Below, piece by piece: positions 26,973 through 34,654 of a stretch of DNA of 58,538 nt. This DNA is from Desulfobacteraceae bacterium (GTDB lineage Bacteria; Desulfobacterota; DSM-4660; Desulfatiglandales; Desulfatiglandaceae): the NCBI GenBank assembly GCA_030611815.1, contig JAUWPC010000001.1, positions 1-58,538 on the forward strand, in the 5' to 3' direction. Under the pieces are notes generated by a model. That model had not been told where the DNA came from. It made no database searches and worked only from the letters and a program-made list of their open reading frames with translations. A program made the translations under genes and the position numbers. The number at the start of each line of letters is the position of its first letter. Within the stretch, counting starts at the first letter, position 1.

Positions 26973-28136
26973 TTAATCAGCAAGCGTAAAGTCGTCACCC
27001 TTCACAACGGTCATGTAAAAAGCGTCCTGCCAAGTCAGACCGATGTGATTATCCGGGGAGAAGTTAAAGACACCGTGCTGGCCAACAAAGTTTTGGGTTT
27101 TTTCAAGTTCATTCCGAATACCTTCCTTGTCGCAGCCGGCGGCTTTAAGTGCATTCGCCACAAGATAAAGGGCGTCCCAGGCATGCCCGCCAAAAGTGGA
27201 TATGGGCTCATTATATTTAGCCTGGTAGTCTTTATTGTACTTCATTGTAACATCTTTTTGTGTTGATGCCGGCAGTGCTGTAGCGACGACGCAACCGCCA
27301 AGAGGAGAGAGGACGCCTTCCGCAGCCCCAGCCGCCAATTTGATATTTTTACGGCTCCCGAAACCGTGGCTCTGGTAGAAGGGGATACTTGTCATACCAA
27401 GGGCTTTCCAGTTCCGGAGCACTACAACCTGGGTCGGGCCAATGGACCAGTTGACAATTGCCTGGGGAGGATTTCCCTTGATTTTAGTCAATTGCACAGT
27501 CATATCCTGATCCTTAGGGCCATATTTTTCATCTGCAATAATGTCCATCCCATACTTGGGGGCAAGCCGGACCAGCTCCCCGTGTCCACTCTTCCCATAC
27601 CCGGAAGTAACGCTCATGATTGCGATTTTGTTGATGCCGCGCTTTTTGAGGTAGGAGTAAATAGCCTCCACGGCCATGGTGTCCGTCTGGGGTGTCTTGA
27701 AGACCCATTTGCGCTGCTTTTTTGTCTTTGCGTCGTAGACAATCTTGTAACTGGCGGCGCAGGAGACAAGGGGCGTTTTAAGTTTTTTTGCTTCATCCAC
27801 AATTGCAAGAGACGTCCCAGACAAGGAAGGTCCTATTACTGCGCACACTTTATCCTGATTAACCAGTTTTTTAAAGAAAAGCATGGTCTTGGTGGCGTCT
27901 CCCTCAGTGTCGTAAATGATCAGTTCCAATTTTTTTCCATTAATCCCGCCTGCCTTGTTGATCAGCTCAGCCACCATCACTGCCGTCTTTTTTTCCGGGT
28001 CCCCCAAAAAAGATGCGCGCCCGGTTACGGCAAAAAGGGCCCCCACCTTATATGAATCTGCCGCAAATGTTGTGTAAGGGAGGATAAAGGAAAATGCAAT
28101 TAAGGCTCCCAAAAAAATAAACATATGTTTTTTCAT
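26973..28136 (-). CDS. Periplasmic substrate-binding protein (LivJ/K-type, type I PBP)
   Basis: 387 aa with a signal peptide (MKKHMFIFLGALIAFSFILPYTTFA) and SD AAAGGAGAA upstream. First gene of the minus-strand operon. Confidence 0.88.
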   Translation of the reverse strand: MKKHMFIFLGALIAFSFILPYTTFAADSYKVGALFAVTGRASFLGDPEKKTAVMVAELINKAGGINGKKLELIIYDTEGDATKTMLFFKKLVNQDKVCAVIGPSLSGTSLAIVDEAKKLKTPLVSCAASYKIVYDAKTKKQRKWVFKTPQTDTMAVEAIYSYLKKRGINKIAIMSVTSGYGKSGHGELVRLAPKYGMDIIADEKYGPKDQDMTVQLTKIKGNPPQAIVNWSIGPTQVVVLRNWKALGMTSIPFYQSHGFGSRKNIKLAAGAAEGVLSPLGGCVVATALPASTQKDVTMKYNKDYQAKYNEPISTFGGHAWDALYLVANALKAAGCDKEGIRNELEKTQNFVGQHGVFNFSPDNHIGLTWQDAFYMTVVKGDDFTLAD

Positions 28137-28807
28137 TTTTGATTCTCCTTTGCTTTAAGGTTGATAGTTCATTCTCTTACCTCACTAATTATTATTACAC
28201 CTCCTTCCTCGCTACTCCTGAAATTTTCGATGTAATGTGAACTAAAATCCCCTTATAAGAGCTTCCTTTTTCAGAAACGACAGCTAACCAGCCTGGAACC
28301 CCACGTCAAACAAAACCATGTTTTCAAAATCATAGCATAGAAGAGGGAAATATTACAATTCTTTTTTGACCTGCCGGCATCATCTCTACAGACAACGGCA
28401 GGATGGCAGTGGCTACCTTACCCCGGTCCTCTCCTCTACGAGCTTGAGACCTTCGAGCGTAAGGGAGTCCTTGGACTTCTTACAAGACTATCAATGCTTA
28501 ATGAGGAAGAAATATGAAAAATGATAAGATCAAATTTAGAGTGGAATTTAACCAATTATTTGCAGAAAATGAAATAGGGCAAACCCCCTATTTCCATATA
28601 AGCATAAATTCCTATATGGGGAATCTGTCAGACGTTTTCAGTTGTTGATCGAAGTGTACCCCATTTATGGTATATTTAGTGAGGTCTGCAGTGCTCTTAA
28701 GACCGAGTTTCTTTCGTCACTCTAATTCGTAGGGCGGTTCAGACCTGCCCGACGGATGGCATGCGGGTTTTCAGTGAACCCTGAACCATTGAACAGTTAC
28801 AGAGAGA

Positions 28808-29075
28808 CTATTTAGTGTCTGAACGAAAACTAGGATTTTTTGTCAAGGTCAAGGAAGATCAAAATTTTAACCGCAGGAATACATCGGGTATTTTGAGGAT
28901 TAAAATTTTTATCTGACGTCCCGCCGAGATATCGCCATATGGCAATAAAAAGATGCCATATGTCGATATCTATTTTGTGCCATATGCCATATATTGTATA
29001 AAAAATCAATGAGTGTCATATGGCCCAATAGAAGGCGGGAGCGAAAAAGACAGTTTTCGTTCGGGCACTATTTAT
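28808..29075. mobile_element. MITE-like non-autonomous element (~268 bp) with ~24-bp terminal inverted repeats
   Basis: The TIRs are ctatttagtgtctgaacgaaaacta (28808-28832) and the reverse complement of 29052-29075 (gataaatagtgcccgaacgaaaact). An internal 80-bp module (28837-28918) is about 80 percent identical to 36941-37020 in the opposite orientation. Confidence 0.65.
28928..29024. repeat. Array of four or five CCATATG-core palindromic sites
   Basis: GCCATATGGC 28934-28943, GCCATATGTC 28955-28964, GCCATATGCC 28979-28988 (overlapping GCCATATATT 28986-28995) and GTCATATGGC 29015-29024. The first two form a 16-bp inverted pair with GATATC extensions. Confidence 0.8.
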
Positions 29076-29241
29076 CCAGCGGTTTTGCCTCATCAATCAG
29101 CATTATAGGGATGTCATCTTTGATCTCGTATAGTAATTTACATTGATCGCAGATGAGTCCGTCCCCGGCATCAGTGAGATAGATATCCCCTTTGCACTTG
29201 GGGCATGCCAAGATATCGAGCAGTTCTTTACTTATGGCCAT
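29068..29241 (-). CDS. Trm112/YcaR-family small zinc-ribbon protein (57 aa, below the ORF-track cutoff)
   Basis: MAISKELLDILACPKCKGDIYLTDAGDGLICDQCKLLYEIKDDIPIMLIDEAKPLDK. Its ATG overlaps the upstream stop (ATGGCCATAA). Confidence 0.8.
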   Translation of the reverse strand: MAISKELLDILACPKCKGDIYLTDAGDGLICDQCKLLYEIKDDIPIMLIDEAKPLDK

Positions 29242-30293
29242 TTATCGCTCCTTTCAGTTATCACCTCTCTAACTCCTTCAAAAACCTTGTCCACCGTTAT
29301 CTCCTCCATACATTTCGTATGGTCACACCTCTTTTTGAAACATGGGCTGCACTCAACATCAGCCCTGATGACTTTATGGCCCTTTCCATATGGTCCGGTC
29401 CGCCACGGGGCCGTGGGACCAAACAGGGCAACCACAGGACATCCCATGGCAGCAGCCATGTGCATGGGGCCGGTATCAGTGGTTATGAGGAGCCTGCACC
29501 TGCTATAGAAATAGGCTAATTCTTTTAAATTGGTCTGCCCGGCGAGATTAAGGAACCTGGCCTTCATCATCCCAGTAATATCTCCAATAATTTGTTCATC
29601 CAGGTTGCTCCCCGTAAAAATAACCTCACACCCCATTTCATTTCTGATCCGGTCTGCCAAAATTGCAAACCGCTCAGGGCGCCATAGCTTTGTCCTCCAC
29701 CTGGCAATGGGATTGATGGCCACGAGAGGCTCTTTTTCCATCCCACTGCTCACCAGGATCTGGTCAATCAACCGCCTGTCAGGCCCTGAAACCGGGATAT
29801 GACCATCCCACTTGGCCGAGTCGCACCCCAAAGATTCGGCCACTTTCAAGTAACGATCGATGGCGTGTTGATCATAATCTACTCGTATCGGCCGCTCATT
29901 CAAAAAGAGTCTCGCCCCCTCTCGAGACCCGCTCATGCCTACCTTTCTCTTTCCTTTCGAAAGACCGGCCAGAATGCCGCTTTTTACCAGCCCCTGCAAG
30001 TCAATGATTAGATCGTACTCTCTTGACCGGACATTTTTCAAGAACCGGGCGGCTTCACCAATCACAGGAAAAATGTTCCGGCCCTTGCGCATTTGGTCCT
30101 GCCACGACCTCCTCCGGGATATGATGACCCCACTGATGGCAGGGTGCCCTTCAATGATCCGGGAGGCTGCCTCCTCCACTAACCAGTCAATTCTCGCCTC
30201 GGGGAAGCCTTTTTTGAGTACTTCTAAAAACGGAAGTGTGTGTACCACGTCCCCGATTGCGCTCAATTTTATAATTAGGATATTAACACCCAT
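29232..30293 (-). CDS. waaC: ADP-heptose:LPS heptosyltransferase I-like (GT9)
   Basis: ILIIKLSAIGDVVHTLP...IDWLVEE resembles the WaaC N-terminus. GT9 C-terminal DTGPMHMAAA motif present. Confidence 0.75.
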   Translation of the reverse strand: MGVNILIIKLSAIGDVVHTLPFLEVLKKGFPEARIDWLVEEAASRIIEGHPAISGVIISRRRSWQDQMRKGRNIFPVIGEAARFLKNVRSREYDLIIDLQGLVKSGILAGLSKGKRKVGMSGSREGARLFLNERPIRVDYDQHAIDRYLKVAESLGCDSAKWDGHIPVSGPDRRLIDQILVSSGMEKEPLVAINPIARWRTKLWRPERFAILADRIRNEMGCEVIFTGSNLDEQIIGDITGMMKARFLNLAGQTNLKELAYFYSRCRLLITTDTGPMHMAAAMGCPVVALFGPTAPWRTGPYGKGHKVIRADVECSPCFKKRCDHTKCMEEITVDKVFEGVREVITERSDKWP

Positions 30294-30313
30294 GTAAAAA
30301 GTCCTTTTTACAT

Positions 30314-30481
30314 GAATTCAGGGATTTAGGGATTCAGGGATTGTGAATTATTATAAGAATTCAGAGCTAAAGACACTATTCCATCCGCAGATCATCGCAG
30401 ATTGCTTAAAGACCCGAAACTTATGGTCAAAACTCAATCCCTAAATCCTTCAATCCTTCAATTCCTCAATCCCTAAATCCC
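30314..30481. repeat. Inverted pair of short-period arrays (GGGATT-type left, AATCCC-type right)
   Basis: The left arm is gaattcagggatttagggattcagggattgtgaatt (30314-30349). The right arm is actcaatccctaaatccttcaatccttcaattcctcaatccctaaatccc (30432-30481). The right arm overlaps the last codons of gmhB. Confidence 0.8.
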
Positions 30482-31046
30482 TTTTAACAATCCACTTAGC
30501 CGCATCGAGGAGATGATCAGTGGCATGAAAAGGTTTAAAGGACAAATGGGGGAAAACATATTCCAGGTCCCCGAGACCGTAACCAGTCTTGACCAAGATA
30601 CCTTTCAGGCCGGCGTTTCGAGCCAGTTCAATATCAGTGCAGCGATCACCTATGACATAGGAGTTTGCCATGTCAATATCAAAATCTCCGCACGCCATTT
30701 TTATCAACCCGGTTTTGGGCTTTCTGCATTCACAGACCCTGCTGTATTCTGGTAGCTTTCCCTTGGGATAATGGGGACAGAAAAAAATCCCGTCGACCCT
30801 TGCATTGTCTCTTGCTAACAACGCCTTCATATGGTCATGTACCTCATTGACCAGCCCCACTGGGAAATATCCCCGGGCGAGCCCGGACTGGTTTGAAACA
30901 ATGATCACCAAATATCCATAATCGTTCAATAGCCTGATCGCCTCAGCGCTCCCCGGAAGGAGCACAAACCGGCTGATATGATTGATATACCCCATCTGCT
31001 CGTTTATGGTGCCATCCCTGTCTATAAAAACCGCGGGTTTCTTCAA
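30450..31046 (-). CDS. gmhB: D-glycero-D-manno-heptose 1,7-bisphosphate phosphatase (HAD-IIIA)
   Basis: FIDRDGTIN, VSNQSG, CPHYP...CECRKP and GDR.TD motifs. A TTG start at 31046 would overlap the upstream TGA. The track ORF begins earlier. Confidence 0.82.
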   Translation of the reverse strand: MKKPAVFIDRDGTINEQMGYINHISRFVLLPGSAEAIRLLNDYGYLVIIVSNQSGLARGYFPVGLVNEVHDHMKALLARDNARVDGIFFCPHYPKGKLPEYSRVCECRKPKTGLIKMACGDFDIDMANSYVIGDRCTDIELARNAGLKGILVKTGYGLGDLEYVFPHLSFKPFHATDHLLDAAKWIVKRDLGIEELKD

Positions 31047-32113
31047 TGGACCTCCCTCCGCAACCTCTCCATCGCTTCCCAGACCTCGTCCGACCCTATG
31101 CTCAACATACACCTGTGATCAGTAGGGCATTCAGGTTTCAGGCAAGGCGCGCACTCTATTTCATGCTTTACAATCCTGGTTTTCGGGCCTCGCGGACCTG
31201 TGGCCACATGGTCAGTGGGACCAAATATGGCCACTGTTGGCACACTCAGGGCAGAGGCTATGTGCATAAGGCCTGAATCATTGGTTGCAAAAAAAAGGCA
31301 CCGGCTGATCAGGCCCATGACTACACTCAATGATGTGCGGCCACAGAGGTTCAGGGACTGGTGACCCATTGAACTGCAAACACTGCTGCAAATCTCCTTC
31401 TCCTTGCCGCTCCCAAATATGAGGATCTTGGCCCCCCACTCTTCAACTGCCCTGTCTCCGATCTCTGCAAAACGATCCGGGGGCCACCGTTTCGCCCCTC
31501 CGAAGATCGCGCCAGGGCTCAGGCCCACCAAGAGATCTTGCTCTTTTATTCCCTCTGTGCCGAGTATCCTGTCGGCCGAGTCCTTATCCTCTTGAGAAAC
31601 ATGGATGGTTGGATTACGGCTCTTTGCCTCCCATCCCATTCCCCTCAGGATGGAGAGATAATATGCCGACTGGTGGATTTTAAGGACCTCGTCACTTGGC
31701 ATGATCCTATGCGTAAGCAGAAAACCACGCCCGTCCTTACTATAACCAAGTCGATATTTAACCCCCCCCATATATACCAGAAGGGCCGCTTCAAATGCGT
31801 TTTGGAAGAGGATGGCCAAGTCAAATCCGCCTTTTCGAATCAACCTGATAGCCCTGATCATCTCACCAAGACCGGTGAAAGCCCCCTCCCCTTTCCTGAA
31901 TGTTAATATCCGATCCACTGCGGGATGTTTGCTGAAGATCGGCTCAACCCATGGTTTTGCTAAGACGGTGATGGTGGCGGAAGGGAAATTCTCTTTGACG
32001 GCCTCTAATGCCGGCAGGGTCATCACCGCGTCCCCCACCCAGTTGGTGGCGCGGATAAGGATCCGTTTGACCTTTGCCTTATCAATCTTTTTGCGGGCCA
32101 GGAGTTTAAGCAC
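31043..32113 (-). CDS. waaF: ADP-heptose:LPS heptosyltransferase II-like (GT9)
   Basis: ILIRATNWVGDAVMTLPAL N-terminus and NDSGLMHIASAL C-terminal motif. GTG start. Confidence 0.72.
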   Translation of the reverse strand: MLKLLARKKIDKAKVKRILIRATNWVGDAVMTLPALEAVKENFPSATITVLAKPWVEPIFSKHPAVDRILTFRKGEGAFTGLGEMIRAIRLIRKGGFDLAILFQNAFEAALLVYMGGVKYRLGYSKDGRGFLLTHRIMPSDEVLKIHQSAYYLSILRGMGWEAKSRNPTIHVSQEDKDSADRILGTEGIKEQDLLVGLSPGAIFGGAKRWPPDRFAEIGDRAVEEWGAKILIFGSGKEKEICSSVCSSMGHQSLNLCGRTSLSVVMGLISRCLFFATNDSGLMHIASALSVPTVAIFGPTDHVATGPRGPKTRIVKHEIECAPCLKPECPTDHRCMLSIGSDEVWEAMERLRREVH

Positions 32114-33251
32114 GACCGGCTAACCCTCTGCGTTCTGAAAGGCCATTTCTGATTATTCCAAAAATGCCCTCTTGCCCCGGCAAGAAGGCGAATCTAACAG
32201 ACAAATAAGCTAAGTCATTATGCATCGGCGCAGCCGTGGTAAAGGCGAAAGGGGCGATTCTCATCCAGTCTTTTTCCGTTGTAAGAAGGTACCTGGCGCC
32301 AATCCTCTCCTTCATACGGATCAGTTCCCTAATTTCATCCCCATCGAATGGGTAGTGATCTCTGAACCCCTTGAATTGAACCACATCCGCGCCCAATTCG
32401 ATCAAACTCTCTTGAAACTGTTCAGGGTGGGCAATGCCAGCAAAGGCCAATACTCGCGTTCCTCTCAAAAATCCAGGAGTATGAACCTCACCCGAAATGG
32501 GAAAAACCAACTTGTCCGGTATATGATCCGCACAAAAAATGGGTATTGAAGGGAATTTCCCCTTTAGAAATGTTACAATCCTTTGCGTGGAGTGGTCCTT
32601 GGCGTTACTCTTTGCGCTTTGCCCTCTGCTAAACCGTGTAAGGATGAAGGCATCTGCCCTCTCCAACTGACTTAGGGGCTCTCTCAGGGGACCCCATGGA
32701 AGCAGATGGGCGTTTCCAAAAGGCTCCGAGGCGTCTATCAGCACCAGATTAAGATTCCTCTCCAATCCTAAGTGTTGAAATCCGTCATCCAAGATAAAGA
32801 AGTCAGATCCGAATTTTTTATGGGCATACATCCCTGCCAGGTAACGGTTTTTGGAGATCACTACGGGACTTCCCGAAACCTCTCGCGCAAGAAGAAAGGG
32901 CTCATCTCCGGCCATTTGGGAATCTGCATATATATGTTTCCCATCAGATACCTCTAAAACCTCCTGTTTGTATCGCCCTCCGTAGCCCTTCGAAAGAATG
33001 GCCACGCGATGCCCTTCACCGAGCGCCCATTTGGCTAACATTGCGACTGCCGGTGTTTTGCCCGTCCCACCCGAGGTTATATTTCCAACGCTTATGACAA
33101 AGCCTGGAAGAGACTTTCCCCTGAAAATCCCCTTCTCATATGCCTTAAGACGAAACCGGACACCGACGCCATACAAGAGAGAAAAAAAGGCCAGGGGAAG
33201 AGACCATCGGCTGAATCGTCTTTCCTGATGAATCCTGGACCAGTCAGGCAT
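32106..33251 (-). CDS. lpxK: Tetraacyldisaccharide 4'-kinase
   Basis: VISVGNITSGGTGKTP P-loop and the expected length. Its start overlaps the waaA stop by 8 nt. Confidence 0.9.
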   Translation of the reverse strand: MPDWSRIHQERRFSRWSLPLAFFSLLYGVGVRFRLKAYEKGIFRGKSLPGFVISVGNITSGGTGKTPAVAMLAKWALGEGHRVAILSKGYGGRYKQEVLEVSDGKHIYADSQMAGDEPFLLAREVSGSPVVISKNRYLAGMYAHKKFGSDFFILDDGFQHLGLERNLNLVLIDASEPFGNAHLLPWGPLREPLSQLERADAFILTRFSRGQSAKSNAKDHSTQRIVTFLKGKFPSIPIFCADHIPDKLVFPISGEVHTPGFLRGTRVLAFAGIAHPEQFQESLIELGADVVQFKGFRDHYPFDGDEIRELIRMKERIGARYLLTTEKDWMRIAPFAFTTAAPMHNDLAYLSVRFAFLPGQEGIFGIIRNGLSERRGLAGRA

Positions 33252-34647
33252 CGCTCATGTTTCCCCTCACATAGTCCACAATCCTTTTGAGCGCTCCCCG
33301 ATTATTCTCAACAAACGCCTTTGCCAGCCCCCCCATCCGGGCCCGCATCTCTGCATCTTCCAAGAGCGTTTTCATGGCCTCATGGAGTTCATTTCCGTCC
33401 CGGACCCGCCAGCCTCCACCAGCCTCCAACAGCGCCTCTGACATGGATACAAAATTGCGGGTATGAGGACCGAAAAGGACAACATTGCCACAACTGGCAG
33501 GTTCCAACAGGTTGTGCCCTCCGACAGGGACAAGACTGCCACCGACAAAGCTCACGCTCCCTAACCCGTAAACGCTCCCAAGTTCACCAATCGTATTAAG
33601 AACCAGTACATCATAGACACCATTATTCTCCGATGGCGTATGGCGGGTTGTCCCGCTGAAAGCGGGATTGCGAGTTGCGGGTTGCACTCTGCGCTTTTCG
33701 CTTTTCGCTTTGCGCTTTTCGCTTTGTTCCGAAACCCCGGTCCTCAGAACGGCCTTCAGACCCATACCATTGGTCATTGTCACGATCTCATCGGATCGCC
33801 CTGTGTCTCTCGGGGCAAGGATAAGGCGCAAACGAGGAAAAAGACCGCGGAGCCTTTCAAAAACGTTGAGCAGAATCTCCTCCTCTCCCGGATGGGTGCT
33901 GCCTGCAACCCATAAGGGAGCAGAAGGTTCGAGGGCCAGGATATCAAACCAGTCCTGACGTTCTTCATTACTCATGATTGCCATATCCCGGTCAAACTTG
34001 ATATTCCCCACCGTGATAACCTTCTCCTTGTTCAAACCAACTTGCAAGAGTCTTTCCCTGTCTAAGTCTGATTGCATGAGGCATAATTCGAGTGGGTCAA
34101 ACATCTTCCGGGTGAAGAAGGGAACTCTTGCGTAGGACCTGAAAGTCCGGGGCGAAACACGTCCGTTTACCAGGATGCTTCGTATACCTTTTCTCTTCAA
34201 AGAGCAAAGCAACGCGGGCCAGATATCTGTCTCAATCAGGATGAAAACAGAGGGTTTGACAAACTTGACGATCCTCTGAACAGACCACCACGCATCAACG
34301 GGCATGGTAAGAACTGCCTTGACCTTTACATCTAATTTCTCCCTTGCAATGGCCATCCCGGTAACAGTGGTTACCGTGAAAACTATGTCCTTGTCTGGAA
34401 ATTCAATCTGTAGGCTATCTACTAATGGAATGGCTGAAACAACCTCTCCCACAGAAAGTGCGTGAACCCATATATTTCCCTTGGCAGGGAGGGCCTGAGG
34501 AAGTCTCAACGCAAATCTTTCGCGAGCTCGCTCTACAAGGCCCAGGCTACTTCTACTATCCAAATGCCTCTTCTCTAAAATCCAAATTACGGGCAGGCAG
34601 AAGATAAGGCATATGGTCCAGAGAAAATGGTACAAGAGCATGAACAT
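33244..34647 (-). CDS. waaA: 3-deoxy-D-manno-octulosonic acid (Kdo) transferase, carrying a ~32-codon repeat-derived insert
   Basis: WVHALSVGEV near the N-terminus and NTIGELGSVYGLGSVSFVGGSLVPVGGHNLLEPA near the C-terminus. ATG 34647 is preferred over the track start (TTG 34677). Confidence 0.88.
   Translation of the reverse strand: MFMLLYHFLWTICLIFCLPVIWILEKRHLDSRSSLGLVERARERFALRLPQALPAKGNIWVHALSVGEVVSAIPLVDSLQIEFPDKDIVFTVTTVTGMAIAREKLDVKVKAVLTMPVDAWWSVQRIVKFVKPSVFILIETDIWPALLCSLKRKGIRSILVNGRVSPRTFRSYARVPFFTRKMFDPLELCLMQSDLDRERLLQVGLNKEKVITVGNIKFDRDMAIMSNEERQDWFDILALEPSAPLWVAGSTHPGEEEILLNVFERLRGLFPRLRLILAPRDTGRSDEIVTMTNGMGLKAVLRTGVSEQSEKRKAKSEKRRVQPATRNPAFSGTTRHTPSENNGVYDVLVLNTIGELGSVYGLGSVSFVGGSLVPVGGHNLLEPASCGNVVLFGPHTRNFVSMSEALLEAGGGWRVRDGNELHEAMKTLLEDAEMRARMGGLAKAFVENNRGALKRIVDYVRGNMSDA
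33640..33735 (-). repeat. In-frame repeat insert inside waaA: 5 x GAAAAGC-type heptamers, 3 x GCAAyyC heptamers and a hairpin
   Basis: The sense strand reads gcgaaaagcgcaaagcgaaaagcgaaaagcgcagag-tgcaacccgcaactcgcaatcccgctttcagcgggacaacccgcc. It encodes SEKRKAKSEKRRVQPATRNPAFSGTTRH. Confidence 0.75.
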
Positions 34648-34654
34648 GGCTCGC

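Noticed and set aside
18978-28055. Long antisense ORFs inside annotated genes (for example 18978-19565, 21450-21917, 26012-26518 and 27366-28055)
   Set aside because: Each is fully nested opposite a gene with clear family motifs. Their Arg/Ser/Pro-rich or biased translations are typical of shadow frames.
28380-28500. Possible structured RNA or riboswitch in the Liv operon upstream region (hairpin CTGCCG...CGGCAG at about 28371-28410)
   Set aside because: I could not match it to any riboswitch or sRNA consensus that I know. A single hairpin is insufficient evidence.
28514-28648. 44-codon ORF (MKNDKIKFRVEFNQLF...) with a GAGGAAG SD in the 0.93-kb gap, containing a 9-bp hairpin (28571-28594)
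   Set aside because: It is too short and unrecognisable to support as a gene from sequence alone. I note it only as a candidate small protein.
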